Origin: Dehalococcoidia bacterium
GTDB taxonomy: Bacteria; Chloroflexota; Dehalococcoidia; Lucifugimonadales; Australimonadaceae
DNA length: 64,000 nt
Assembly (NCBI GenBank): GCA_965248495.1
Contig: CBDFJL010000003.1
Location: forward strand, 476,852-540,851
Direction of reading: 5' to 3'
This document shows positions 24,818-34,543 of the stretch, in pieces. The position numbers and the translations under genes are program-made. Below the pieces are notes generated by a model, which was not told where the DNA came from, made no database searches, and was given only the letters and a program-made list of their open reading frames with translations. Within the stretch, counting starts at the first letter, position 1. Every line of letters starts with the position of its first letter.

Positions 24818-26821
24818 ATGATCAACGAGCAGGCCACGTGGGCCATCGTCCTGCTGCCGCTCGGCGCCGCCGTGCTGATCGCCTTCGTGGTCCGCCCGCT
24901 GGCCGGGCCGACGTCACGGCTGAGTGCCTACGTGACCATCGCCGCCATCGCCGCGTCGTTCGGGCTCAGCATCTGGGCCCTGCGCTCGGTGCTGGGCGGG
25001 CACGGCGACGCCATCGGCTTCGCGTCCCACTCCTGGTTCGTCATCGGCGACCCAGCCGAGGGCGGTTTCGCGATGACCCTGGGCGTGCTGCTGGACCCGC
25101 TCACGGCCATCATGCTCGTGGTCGTCACCGGCGTGAGCCTGATGGTGCAGGTCTACTCGCAGGGCTACATGCGTGATGCGCAATCCAGGCCGGACCGCTC
25201 GTACGCGCGCTACTTCGGCTTCATGGCCCTGTTCACGGCGTCGATGCTCGGCCTGGTCACGGCCCGCAACCTGATCCAGCTCTTCGTCTTCTGGGAGCTC
25301 GTCGGCCTGTCCTCCTACCTACTCATCGGCTTCTGGCATGAGCGGCCGGCAGCGGTAAACGCCGCCAAGAAGGCCTTCATCGTCACGCGCCTCGGCGACT
25401 TCGGCTTCCTGCTGGCGCTCCTGTATCTGTTCGCGCAGAGCCCGACCTTCGCGGCGGCGGGCCTCAACCCCTTCGAGATCCCGGACATTTGGGCCGCCAC
25501 GCCGTTGATTGCCGGCGGCATCGTCACGTGGATCGCGCTGGGGCTGTTCGCGGGCGCGGTCGGCAAGTCAGCGCAGTTCCCGCTGCACACGTGGCTCCCC
25601 GACGCCATGGAGGGGCCGACGCCGGTGTCGTCGCTCATCCACGCCGCGACCATGGTGGCGGCGGGCGTTTTCTTGGTTGCGCGCATGTTCCCGCTGTTCG
25701 AGGCGAGCCCCGCTGCTCTCACGGTCGTCGCTGTCATCGGCGGCTTCACCGCCGTCTTCGCCGCGAGCATGGCGCTCGTCGCCAACGACATCAAACGGGT
25801 ACTGGCCTACTCGACGGTGAGCCAGCTGGGCTACATGTTCATCGCGCTGGGGGTGGGTCTGCCGGTGGTCGCGATGTTCCACCTGTTCACGCACGCTTTC
25901 TTCAAGTGCCTGCTGTTCCTGGGGGCGGGCAGCGTCCACCACAGCGCCCGGACCTTCGACATGCGCTACATGGGTGGTCTGCGAAAGACCATGCCCCTCA
26001 CCTACGCGGTGGTCCTCATCGGCGCGCTGAGCCTCGCGGGCGTTTTCCCGCTGGCGGGGTTTTGGTCGAAGGACGAGGTCCTGGCTGGCGCCTGGGACGG
26101 GACGCACGCGTCCGGCCTCGGCGTCTCGCGGCTGGTCTTCTGGCTCGGCCTCGTCGCTGCCCTGATGACGGCCTTCTACATCTCCCGCTTGGTGTTCATG
26201 ACCTTCCACGGGACGTTCAGGGGCGGCATCGACGCGGTGCCCGAAGCCGAGAAGCAGCCCCATGAGGCGGGCGAGCACGTCCACCTCGCCGAGTCGCCGT
26301 GGGTGATGATGCTGCCGATGGCCGCGCTGGCGGGCGCCGCCGTCGGGGCCGGCTACCTGGCCAACGCCACCACGGACGTCGCAAGCATCCCGTCGCACTG
26401 GTTCGCCCACGCCTTCGGCGAGGAGGGCGAGCGCTTCCACGTCGGCGTCGCGTTGGCCTCCTCCGCGGCGGCCGCGGCGGGCATCGGCCTCGCAGCGCTC
26501 ATGTACCAGACGCGGGCAATCTCACCGGCACGGCTGACCTCCGCCCTGCGGCCCCTCCACGTGCTCCTGAGCCAGCGCTACTACCTCGATCATCTTTACG
26601 AGGGCCTATTTGTGCGCCGCCTGGCCTACGGTGGCCTGTTCCTGGTGGCGGACTGGTGGGACCGTCGTATTGTCGACGGCTTTGCGGACCTGACCGGGTG
26701 GGTGGGACGCAACTCCGGCCGCGCTATGGCCCAACTGCAGACCGGGCAGGTCCAGGCCTACGGCATCGCGGTCTCCGTGGGCGCGGGCACGCTCCTGTTG
26801 GCCTACATGGCGAGCCAGTGA
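24818..26821 (+). CDS. nuoL: NADH-quinone oxidoreductase subunit L
   Basis: 667 aa. FVFWELVGLSSYLLIGFW...KSAQFPLHTWLPDAMEGPTPVSSLIHAATMVAAGVFL matches the antiporter-like subunit L. Confidence 0.93.
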   Translation: MINEQATWAIVLLPLGAAVLIAFVVRPLAGPTSRLSAYVTIAAIAASFGLSIWALRSVLGGHGDAIGFASHSWFVIGDPAEGGFAMTLGVLLDPLTAIMLVVVTGVSLMVQVYSQGYMRDAQSRPDRSYARYFGFMALFTASMLGLVTARNLIQLFVFWELVGLSSYLLIGFWHERPAAVNAAKKAFIVTRLGDFGFLLALLYLFAQSPTFAAAGLNPFEIPDIWAATPLIAGGIVTWIALGLFAGAVGKSAQFPLHTWLPDAMEGPTPVSSLIHAATMVAAGVFLVARMFPLFEASPAALTVVAVIGGFTAVFAASMALVANDIKRVLAYSTVSQLGYMFIALGVGLPVVAMFHLFTHAFFKCLLFLGAGSVHHSARTFDMRYMGGLRKTMPLTYAVVLIGALSLAGVFPLAGFWSKDEVLAGAWDGTHASGLGVSRLVFWLGLVAALMTAFYISRLVFMTFHGTFRGGIDAVPEAEKQPHEAGEHVHLAESPWVMMLPMAALAGAAVGAGYLANATTDVASIPSHWFAHAFGEEGERFHVGVALASSAAAAAGIGLAALMYQTRAISPARLTSALRPLHVLLSQRYYLDHLYEGLFVRRLAYGGLFLVADWWDRRIVDGFADLTGWVGRNSGRAMAQLQTGQVQAYGIAVSVGAGTLLLAYMASQ

Positions 26822-26828
26822 GCGCCCC

Positions 26829-28304
26829 ATGCTGAGCGTCATCGTCTTCCTCCCCGCCGCGGGCGCCGTGCTGATCATGGCGTTTGGCCGCGACCCTCGC
26901 GCGGCGCGGGCGCTCGCGCTGGCCACCGTGGTCGCCGAGCTGGTGCTGACGCTCGTGCTGTTCGCGACCTTCGACCGCGAGGCGGCGGACGGATTCGACC
27001 TCGTCGAGCGAGCCAGCTGGATCAGCGCGTTCGGCATCCAGTACCTACTGGGCGTGGACGGGCTCAGCGCCCCAATGGTGCTGCTCAACGGCCTGCTGGG
27101 GGTGGCGGCGGTGCTGGTCTCGTGGCGCGTGTCCACGAACGTACGGGCGTACTTCGTTTGGCTCCTGGTCCTCGAGACGTCGGTCATGGGCGTGTTCCTA
27201 TCGCTCGACCTCATCCTGTTCTTTGTCTTCTGGGAGCTCGAGCTGATTCCGATGTACTTCCTCATCGCCATGTGGGGAACGGGGCGCCGCGAATACTCCG
27301 CGATGAAGTTTCTCGTCTACACGTTTCTGGGCTCGGCCTTTATGCTCGCGGCCATCATCGCGCTCTACTTCTCGTTCCCCTCGGCCGAGCGCACCTTCGA
27401 CATGACGGTGCTCGCGCAGCGCGATCTCACGGCGCTGATCGTGCCCGCCAGCACCATCTTCGCCGGCTTCCTCATCGCCTTTGCGGTCAAGCTGCCCATC
27501 TTCCCGCTCCACACGTGGCTGCCCGACGCACACACCGACGCACCGACGGCGGTGAGCGTCATGCTCGCCGGGGTGCTGCTGAAGATGGGCGGCTACGGCC
27601 TGCTGCGCATCAACGCCGGGCTGTTGCCCGAGGAGATGCAGCGGGCCGCGCCATTGTTGGCGGCCCTGGCGGTGGTGAACGTGCTGTACGGCGCCTTCAT
27701 CGTCATGCGCCAGACCGACCTCAAGCGCTTGGTGGCTTACAGCTCAGTAAGCCACATGGGCTTCGTGGTGCTCGGCATAGCCTCGCTGGGCGCGTCGCGG
27801 GTAACGGACGTCGGGGTCAACGGTGCGGCGATGCAGCTGTTCACCCACGGCACGATTACCGGCCTGCTTTTCGTGCTCGTGGGCCTGGTCTACGACCGCA
27901 CGCACACGAGGCACATCCCGGACATGGGCGGCATGATCGGCCGGATGCCGCTCATCGGCGCGGCCTTCATGCTCGCAGGGCTGGCGTCGCTGGGGTTGCC
28001 TACGACGAGCGGTTTCGTGGCCGAGATCCTCATTTTCATCGGGACGTTCCACGTCTACGCGTGGGCGACGGGGCTGGCCGCCTTCGGGGTCGTGCTGGCC
28101 GCCGGCTACATGCTCTGGACGATCCAGCGCACCATGTTCGGCCCCCGCCTGGATCGTTGGAACGGCTTGACCGACGCCACCGTCGTCGATGCCGGGGCCA
28201 TCGGGGTTCTGTTGGTGCCGGTGATGGTCATCGGCATCTACCCACGGATCCTGACCGACGTCTTCGAAGTCGGTCTCGCCCCAATCCTGGCGAGGTTCGG
28301 CTAA
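26829..28304 (+). CDS. nuoM: NADH-quinone oxidoreductase subunit M
   Basis: FFVFWELELIPMYFLI..WG...KLPIFPLHTWLPDAHTDAPTAVSVMLAGVLLKMGGYGLLR matches NuoM. Confidence 0.93.
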   Translation: MLSVIVFLPAAGAVLIMAFGRDPRAARALALATVVAELVLTLVLFATFDREAADGFDLVERASWISAFGIQYLLGVDGLSAPMVLLNGLLGVAAVLVSWRVSTNVRAYFVWLLVLETSVMGVFLSLDLILFFVFWELELIPMYFLIAMWGTGRREYSAMKFLVYTFLGSAFMLAAIIALYFSFPSAERTFDMTVLAQRDLTALIVPASTIFAGFLIAFAVKLPIFPLHTWLPDAHTDAPTAVSVMLAGVLLKMGGYGLLRINAGLLPEEMQRAAPLLAALAVVNVLYGAFIVMRQTDLKRLVAYSSVSHMGFVVLGIASLGASRVTDVGVNGAAMQLFTHGTITGLLFVLVGLVYDRTHTRHIPDMGGMIGRMPLIGAAFMLAGLASLGLPTTSGFVAEILIFIGTFHVYAWATGLAAFGVVLAAGYMLWTIQRTMFGPRLDRWNGLTDATVVDAGAIGVLLVPVMVIGIYPRILTDVFEVGLAPILARFG

Positions 28305-28310
28305 GACACC

Positions 28311-29834
28311 ATGGGGCTCACCGCACGCGACATCTTCCTCATCTCGCCGGAGCTGGCACTGGTGGGGGTCGCGCTCATCGTCGTGCTGGCGGACGTCGTG
28401 CTGCGACGCCGAGGCTTGGCTGTCGCACTCGCGATCGCGGGGCTGGCGGCGCCGCTGCTATTGAGCCTGGCGCTATGGGACGAGGTGCACAGCTTGGCCG
28501 CGGGTGCGGAGGTCGGCTTCAACGGCTCGCTGGTGGTCGACAAGTTCGCGCTCTTCTTCAAGTTCCTCATCGTCGGCGTCCTCGCCCTGGTCCTCCTCGC
28601 CTCAAAGGACGGGCTGGCCCGCTTCAGATACCCAGCCGAGTTCATCGGCCTGGTCATGCTCTCGGCCACGGGATTGATGCTCCTGCCGGCGGCTGCCGAC
28701 CTGATCACGATATTCGTGGCGCTGGAGCTGGCCTCGTTGCCAGTGGCAGCCCTCGCCGCCTTCTCGAAGGGACAGGCACGGTCAGCGGAGGCCGGCTTCA
28801 AGTACCTGCTGCTGTCGGCCATCTCGTCGGCGGTGCTCCTGTACGGATTCGCGTTCCTTTACGGCGCCACGGGGACGGTGCGGGTGGTGGCGCTCGACCC
28901 GGCGATGCCCACCATCGCGCAGATGGTCGGCACGCTGGACCCCGAGGTGCCGTTCGGCAGCGTGGCGCTGATGGCGGGGGCGGTCCTGGCCATCGCGGGG
29001 TTTGGATTCAAATTGTCGATGGTGCCGTTCCAGATGTGGACACCGGACGTCTACGAGGGCGCCCCGACGCCGGTGGGCGCCTTCCTGGCCGTGGCCAGCA
29101 AAGCGGCGGCTTTCGCGGTGGTGCTGCGGGTCTTCTACTCGGCGCTGGGGCACGAGGTCGTCAGCGAGGATTGGGCCTTCCTTTTCGCGGTCCTCGCCGC
29201 GGTGACCATGTCGATGGGCAACCTGGTGGCGATCGCCCAGACCAACATGAAACGCCTGCTCGGCTACAGCACGATCGCCCAGGCCGGGTACATGCTCATA
29301 GGCGTGGCGGCCATCGCGACAAGGAGCCAGGAGGGGGGCGACGCGTCCTTGGGGGCGGCCAGCGTGCTCTTCTACCTGGGTGGATACGCCGCCATGACCC
29401 TCGCCACGTTCTTCGTGGTCATCGTCGTCACCGAGAGGACCGGCGACGAACGGATAGCGGGGCTCGCGGGGTTGGGCCGGCGCTCGCCGTGGCTGGCGGG
29501 AGTGCTCGCGTTCGCGCTCGTGTCGCTGACCGGGATCCCTCCAACGGTCGGCTTCATCGGCAAGCTGTTCCTGTTCCAGGCCGCGGTCAACGCGGACATG
29601 GCCTGGCTGGCGATCATCGGCGTGGTCAACAGCGTCGTCTCCGCCTACTACTACATGAACGTCATCAAGACGATGTACCTACGTCCAGCGGAGACGGCAG
29701 ACGACACTCGTCTGGCGGTGGGCAAGACGGCGTCGGTCGCGCTCGGCGTCACTGGCGGCGGGGTGCTGGTGCTCGGGCTCTGGCCCGGCGGTCTGCTCGA
29801 TGTCGCCCGCACCGCTGCCGCGGTGCTCATCTAG
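28311..29834 (+). CDS. nuoN: NADH-quinone oxidoreductase subunit N
   Basis: ITIFVALELASLP...GFKLSMVPFQMWTPDVYEGAPTPVGAFLAVASKAAAF matches NuoN. Confidence 0.9.
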   Translation: MGLTARDIFLISPELALVGVALIVVLADVVLRRRGLAVALAIAGLAAPLLLSLALWDEVHSLAAGAEVGFNGSLVVDKFALFFKFLIVGVLALVLLASKDGLARFRYPAEFIGLVMLSATGLMLLPAAADLITIFVALELASLPVAALAAFSKGQARSAEAGFKYLLLSAISSAVLLYGFAFLYGATGTVRVVALDPAMPTIAQMVGTLDPEVPFGSVALMAGAVLAIAGFGFKLSMVPFQMWTPDVYEGAPTPVGAFLAVASKAAAFAVVLRVFYSALGHEVVSEDWAFLFAVLAAVTMSMGNLVAIAQTNMKRLLGYSTIAQAGYMLIGVAAIATRSQEGGDASLGAASVLFYLGGYAAMTLATFFVVIVVTERTGDERIAGLAGLGRRSPWLAGVLAFALVSLTGIPPTVGFIGKLFLFQAAVNADMAWLAIIGVVNSVVSAYYYMNVIKTMYLRPAETADDTRLAVGKTASVALGVTGGGVLVLGLWPGGLLDVARTAAAVLI

Positions 29835-29895
29835 CTTGCAGGGTCAAACGACGTAGGTGCGCTCCGGGCGGACTCATCAGAATGACAGTGGCCCG

Positions 29896-30969
29896 CTAGG
29901 CCTTGGCGGAGGCGAACGCTTCCAGCAGCGCGGCGGCCGCAGCCCGCGGGTCGTCAGCCTGCGTCACAGCGCTGATCACGGCGATACTGTCGGCGCCGGC
30001 GCGGGCGACCTCGCCCGCATTGGCCACCGTGATACCGCCGATGGCCACCAGCGGCGGGCCGGCGGCGGGGACGAGCTCGCGCACGCGGGCCAACGTCTCG
30101 GGACCCGCAGGGCGCGTGTTGGACTTGGACGTGGTCTCGAACATGCGGCCCACGGCGATGTAGCCAGCCCCGCCCTCGTAGGACGCAATCGACTCGTCGA
30201 CCAGCGCGTTGGACGTGCCGACCAGCTGCCACGGCCGCACGAGCGATTGCGCGACGGCCAGGGGCAGATCGTGCTGGCCGACGTGCAGTCCATCGGCGCC
30301 GACGGCGACCGCGAGGTCGGCGTGGTCGTTGACGATCAGCGTGACCTCTTCCCGGCGGCAGAGGTCGGCCAGGCGCTGGGCGAGCGGCAGGCCGTCGCCC
30401 TTGTCGCGTGCCTTGTCCCGCAATTGGATCGCCGTGGCCCCGCCCGCGATGGCCTGCTGCGCCACCTCGACGGGGTCGCGGCCGTTGGTGAGCTCCGGGT
30501 CGACGATGACGTAGAGGCCGCGCAGGCGCTCGGCGGCCCGACGGCGGTAGCCCGCACCCGCGGCCAAGCTCATGTGGCGCAGCGCGTCGCTCAGGCCGGT
30601 GAGGTCAGGACGCCCCAGCTCGCGCATCAGCTCCGCAGGCAGCAGGTCAGTCGTCTCGGCCAGAGCACGGAGCGCGCCGGTTATCGAGAGGAACCGCACG
30701 TCCATGGCCGTGGGCCCGGCGAAGAACCCGGCCAGGGGTTCCAGCTCCGCGATGGCGTGCTCGATGGCCTCGGCGACCTCATCGTAGGCCGCTTCAATCC
30801 CCATCGCCTGCACGGTCTGCGCCATGCGGCTGTTCAGCTCATCGTCGGGCTTCACCGTCTTGGGCAGGTTGGCGTCGCTCCGCAGCAACCGCAGGCCGGT
30901 GAGCAGGTAGTTCTGGGTCCGGTGAAACTCCGGCCCGACAAACGGCGTGCCGCTCGGGGTCGTCATCAC
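29896..30969 (-). CDS. thiE: thiamine-phosphate synthase with ~150-aa N-terminal extension
   Basis: The C-terminal 200 aa read LYVIVDPEL...GGATAIQLRDK...LIVNDHADLAVAVGADGLHVGQHDLP...GTS...VAIGGI, which is ThiE/TMP-TENI. The N-terminal ~150 aa is an extra helical domain, possibly ThiD2-like (from memory). Confidence 0.8.
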   Translation of the reverse strand: MMTTPSGTPFVGPEFHRTQNYLLTGLRLLRSDANLPKTVKPDDELNSRMAQTVQAMGIEAAYDEVAEAIEHAIAELEPLAGFFAGPTAMDVRFLSITGALRALAETTDLLPAELMRELGRPDLTGLSDALRHMSLAAGAGYRRRAAERLRGLYVIVDPELTNGRDPVEVAQQAIAGGATAIQLRDKARDKGDGLPLAQRLADLCRREEVTLIVNDHADLAVAVGADGLHVGQHDLPLAVAQSLVRPWQLVGTSNALVDESIASYEGGAGYIAVGRMFETTSKSNTRPAGPETLARVRELVPAAGPPLVAIGGITVANAGEVARAGADSIAVISAVTQADDPRAAAAALLEAFASAKA

Positions 30970-30975
30970 GTGTCC

Positions 30976-31209
30976 TCACTCCCGTTCGCGAAAGGCACGG
31001 GCAGCGGCGACGGTCGCCACCACCAACACCATGAACACAGCCAGCCACAGGCCGTCGTTCTTCGCCAGATTCCGCTCCACGTCCACGACGGCGACCGTGC
31101 CAATGAGCACGATCAAGAAGCTCAGCACCAAAATCAGCAGGACGCGTAAGTACCGCACGCTGCCCCCCGCGACGGCCGCTCTGTCCGCACGGTAGCACAT
31201 CGTCCCCAC
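30976..31209 (-). CDS. small hydrophobic protein (two predicted TM helices), hypothetical
   Basis: LRVLLILVLSFLIVLIGTVAVV and LWLAVFMVLVVATVAAA are hydrophobic stretches. The stop is 6 nt upstream of the thiE start. The start codon is uncertain. Confidence 0.35.
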   Translation of the reverse strand: MGTMCYRADRAAVAGGSVRYLRVLLILVLSFLIVLIGTVAVVDVERNLAKNDGLWLAVFMVLVVATVAAARAFRERE

Positions 31210-31241
31210 GGACGATGCACACGGAGCGATACACTTGGTGC

Positions 31242-32345
31242 ATGGCGACCCTGCGCTCGGTATCGGCGCACATGCAACGCGCCCTGGCCCTGGCCCGCGA
31301 GGCGATGGGTGGCGTGAGCCCGAACCCCGCCGTCGGCGCGGTGCTGGTCAAGGACGGCCGTGTGGTCGGCGAGGGTCGAACGCAGCCGCCCGGCCAGGCG
31401 CACGCGGAGGCCGTCGCGCTGCAGCAGGCGGGCGCCAACGCAAAGGGCGCAACCCTCTACGTGACGCTGGAGCCATGCGCGCACCACGGCCGAACGCCCC
31501 CGTGCGCAGACGCGCTGATCGCCGCGGGCGTGGCCGAGGTGCGCGTGTCCATGCTCGACCCCGACGCGCGGACCGACGGCAAGGGCGTCTCGCGGCTACG
31601 GGAGGCGGGCATCGCCGTCGACGTCGGGGAAGGTGCGGACGAGGCCGCCGAGGTGGTCGAGGCCTTCGCGAAGTTCACGAGGACCGGCGGCCCCTTCGTC
31701 ATCGCGAAGTTCGCCATGAGCCTCGACGGCAAGTTCGCGACGCGGACCGGCGATGCGCGCTGGATATCGGGCGAGGCCTCGCGTATCCGGGCGCACCAGC
31801 TCCGCGCGGAGTCGGACGCGGTCATGGTCGGCATCGGCACGGCCCTAGCCGACGACCCGCGCCTCAGCGTCCGCGACGTCGAGCCGCGCAACGGCCGCCA
31901 GCCCCTGCGCGTCGTGGTCGACACCGAGGGCCGGCTCCCGCCAACGGCGGCGATGCTCCGGGAGCCGGGAGCGACGCTGGTGGCGACGGTCGGCATGGGG
32001 GAGGCGCGGCGGGTCGCGCTCGCCGGGGCGGGAGCCGACGTGGTCGAGTTACACCCTGCGACGGAGGGGGTCGACCTCGCCAAGCTCCTGGAGTTGCTGG
32101 GAGCAAGAGACGTGACCTCGATCCTCGCCGAGGGTGGGGCAACGCTCCTGGGCTCGCTCTTCGACGCCGGCCTGGTCGACAAGGTCGTGGCCTTCATCGC
32201 GCCCCTCATCGTCGGGGGCGCCGAAGCGCGGTCGGCCGTCGGCGGGGCGGGAGCAGACTCCGTCGCGGTCGCGCTCAGGCTCGATCGCGTGCGCTACGAG
32301 CAGACCGGGGACGATATGATGGTCGTGGGCTACCCGGCGCTTTAA
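31242..32345 (+). CDS. ribD: bifunctional riboflavin biosynthesis deaminase/reductase RibD
   Basis: HMQRALALAREAMGGVSPNPAVGAVLVKDGRVVGEG...HAEAVAL...TLEPCAHHGRTPPCADAL is the CDA zinc motif, followed by a reductase domain (KFAMSLDGK). Confidence 0.9.
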   Translation: MATLRSVSAHMQRALALAREAMGGVSPNPAVGAVLVKDGRVVGEGRTQPPGQAHAEAVALQQAGANAKGATLYVTLEPCAHHGRTPPCADALIAAGVAEVRVSMLDPDARTDGKGVSRLREAGIAVDVGEGADEAAEVVEAFAKFTRTGGPFVIAKFAMSLDGKFATRTGDARWISGEASRIRAHQLRAESDAVMVGIGTALADDPRLSVRDVEPRNGRQPLRVVVDTEGRLPPTAAMLREPGATLVATVGMGEARRVALAGAGADVVELHPATEGVDLAKLLELLGARDVTSILAEGGATLLGSLFDAGLVDKVVAFIAPLIVGGAEARSAVGGAGADSVAVALRLDRVRYEQTGDDMMVVGYPAL

Positions 32346-32363
32346 CGTCGGTACTCAGCGCGG

Positions 32364-32410
32364 TAGGCGTCGGCTACCCGGCGCGATAGGCGTCGGCCTA
32401 CCCGGCGCGA
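32364..32410. repeat. tandem 23/24-nt duplication (TAGGCGTCGGC(C)TACCCGGCGCGA x2) between ribD and ribE
   Basis: Read directly from the sequence. The end of ribD (GGCTACCCGGCGC, 32328-32340) carries a third partial copy. Confidence 0.85.
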
Positions 32411-32425
32411 TAGGCTAGGGAGTCC

Positions 32426-33010
32426 ATGTTCACGGGCATCGTCGAGGAGGTCGGGACCGTCGCGGCGCTGTCGCCACATCGGCTCAGCGTGCGTGCACGG
32501 ACGGTCGCGACCGACCTGTCGTTGGGCGACAGCATTTCGGTGAACGGCGCCTGCCTGACCGTCGTGGAGCGCTCCGCCGACGGCTTCAGCGCGGACCTCG
32601 CCGAAGAGACGTTGGCACGCACGAACCTCGGTGGGGTGCAGGCCGGCGACGGCGTCAACCTGGAGCGCGCGCTCCTGGCGAGCTCGCGAATGGGTGGGCA
32701 CATCGTCCAGGGCCACGTCGACGGCGTTGGGACGATCACCTCCCTCAGCGGCACCGACGACGACACGCGGCTGGTCGTGGAGGCGCCTCCAGAGGTCGCC
32801 CGCTATATCGTCGAGAAGGGCTTCATCGCCGTGGACGGCATCAGCCTCACCGTCACCACGGTGGACGGGCCGAGCTTCGGCGTGGCCGTGGTACCGTATA
32901 CGCGCGAGCACACGGTGCTGGGCGTGCGCAAGGCCGGTGATCGCGTGAACCTGGAAGTGGACATCTTGGCCAAGTACGTCGAACGACTGACCGCCGGGCA
33001 AAGGGACTAA
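32426..33010 (+). CDS. ribE: riboflavin synthase
   Basis: MFTGIVEEVGTV...GDSISVNGACLTV...GGHIVQGHVDG...GFIAVDGISLTV shows the duplicated lumazine-binding repeats. Confidence 0.92.
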   Translation: MFTGIVEEVGTVAALSPHRLSVRARTVATDLSLGDSISVNGACLTVVERSADGFSADLAEETLARTNLGGVQAGDGVNLERALLASSRMGGHIVQGHVDGVGTITSLSGTDDDTRLVVEAPPEVARYIVEKGFIAVDGISLTVTTVDGPSFGVAVVPYTREHTVLGVRKAGDRVNLEVDILAKYVERLTAGQRD

Positions 33011-33012
33011 CC

Positions 33013-34239
33013 GTGCCGCTCGCCAGCGTTGCCCAGGGCATCGACGACATTCGCGCGGGCAAGTTCGTCATCGTGGTCGACGACGAGGACCGGGAGAACG
33101 AGGGCGACCTCGTGATCGCGGCCGAGTGCGCCACGCCCGACGCCATCAACTTCATGACCAAGTTCGGCCGCGGGCTCATCTGCGTGCCGATGACCAATGA
33201 GCGGCTGGGCGAGCTGGGGCTCGATCCGATGGTCCCCCGCAACACGGCCCGCTACGGCACCGCCTTCACGGTGTCGGTCGACATCGACAACGGCAGCACC
33301 GGCATCTCCGCCTTCGACCGCTCCGAAACGGTGCGCGTGCTGGTCGACCCCAAGACTCGTCCCGCCGACTTGGCGCGCCCCGGCCACATGTTCCCCCTGG
33401 CCGCCCAGGACGGTGGCGTGTTGGTGCGCGTCGGCCAGACCGAGGCCTCGGTGGACATGGCGCGCCTCGCCGGCCTCAAGCCGGCCGCCGTGCTATGCGA
33501 GATCCTGGACGACGACGGGACCATGGCGCGCGGGCCGACCCTCGATGCCTTCGCCGAGCGGCATGGGCTCAACATCATCAGTGTCGCCGACATCGTCGCC
33601 TACCGGCTCGAGCACGAGACGCTCATCGAGCAGGTCGCCGAGGCGAAGCTGCCGACCCGCTACGGCGAAGCGAAGGTCATCGCGTTCCACTCTGTCGTCG
33701 ACAAGGACGACCACCTCGCCATTGTCTTCGGCGACGTCTCGGGCGGGGAGCCGGTCTTGGTGCGCGTCCACAGCGAGTGCTTGACGGGCGATGTCTTTGG
33801 CAGCCTGCGATGCGACTGCGGCACGCAGCTCCAGATGGCCTTGGCGATGATGGGGGCCGATGGGCGCGGTGTCTTCGTCTACATGCGGCAGGAAGGCCGG
33901 GGCATCGGCATCCACAACAAGATATTGGCCTACGCGCTACAGGACGACGGCGCCGACACCGTCGAGGCCAACGAACGCCTGGGCTTCCCCGCCGACCTGC
34001 GTCACTACGGCATTGGCGCGCAGATCCTCCGCGCGTTGGGAGTGCGCAAGATGCGGCTCATCACCAACAACCCCAAGAAAGTGATCGGCCTGGACAGCTA
34101 CGACCTCGAAATCGTCGAGCGCGTCCCGATCATCACGAGCCCCATTCCGGAGAACCTGCGCTACCTGGAGACCAAACGCGACAAACTGGGGCACCTGCTC
34201 GGCCCTATGGACCAGGCCGCGTCCGACGCCGGCGGTTAG
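33013..34239 (+). CDS. ribBA: bifunctional 3,4-dihydroxy-2-butanone-4-phosphate synthase / GTP cyclohydrolase II
   Basis: VVDDEDRENEGDLVIAAE...GLICVPM...RVHSECLTGDVFGSLRCDCGTQL...YMRQEGRGIG matches RibBA. Confidence 0.93.
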   Translation: MPLASVAQGIDDIRAGKFVIVVDDEDRENEGDLVIAAECATPDAINFMTKFGRGLICVPMTNERLGELGLDPMVPRNTARYGTAFTVSVDIDNGSTGISAFDRSETVRVLVDPKTRPADLARPGHMFPLAAQDGGVLVRVGQTEASVDMARLAGLKPAAVLCEILDDDGTMARGPTLDAFAERHGLNIISVADIVAYRLEHETLIEQVAEAKLPTRYGEAKVIAFHSVVDKDDHLAIVFGDVSGGEPVLVRVHSECLTGDVFGSLRCDCGTQLQMALAMMGADGRGVFVYMRQEGRGIGIHNKILAYALQDDGADTVEANERLGFPADLRHYGIGAQILRALGVRKMRLITNNPKKVIGLDSYDLEIVERVPIITSPIPENLRYLETKRDKLGHLLGPMDQAASDAGG

Positions 34240-34431
34240 GCAGCGCTCGGCCCTCGCGGCCAACGGGTGGGCGGGCACAAGCTCCTTCACAGCGCGGGCT
34301 CATGGCCTCGTCGGCGTCGCCAACCGGGATGGCCCAGGCCGCCTCGGGTGCCGACCGGACGTGAACCTTGATGGCCCACCCGGCACGCCACTTGGCAATG
34401 CGCTTGCCTACCGAAAGCGACGCCGCGGGGC

Positions 34432-34543
34432 GGTGCGGGCGGGCAGAACCTCATTCTGCATACCGTCGTTGAATCCAGGCTCGCAGGACGAAACGCCAAG
34501 CATGGTGCTGACGTTGGAGGTGGGTGTTCCCACCCACCCGCCC
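34432..34543. repeat. repeat family C, inverted pair (plus related copy at 34265-34285)
   Basis: GTGCGGGCGGGCAGAACCTCATTC (34432-34455) faces GGAGGTGGGTGTTCCCACCCACCCGCCCC (34515-34543). GGGTGGGCGGGCACAAGCTCC is at 34265-34285. Confidence 0.75.

Noticed and set aside
31150-31241. FMN riboswitch upstream of ribD (and in the 34240-34648 spacer upstream of ribH)
   Set aside because: I could not find any conserved RFN blocks (GGGCAGGGTGAAATTCCC, ACCGGCGGT, AGCCCGCGA, AGTCCGGATGGGAGA types). The region upstream of ribD is occupied by a minus-strand ORF. A covariance-model scan would be decisive.
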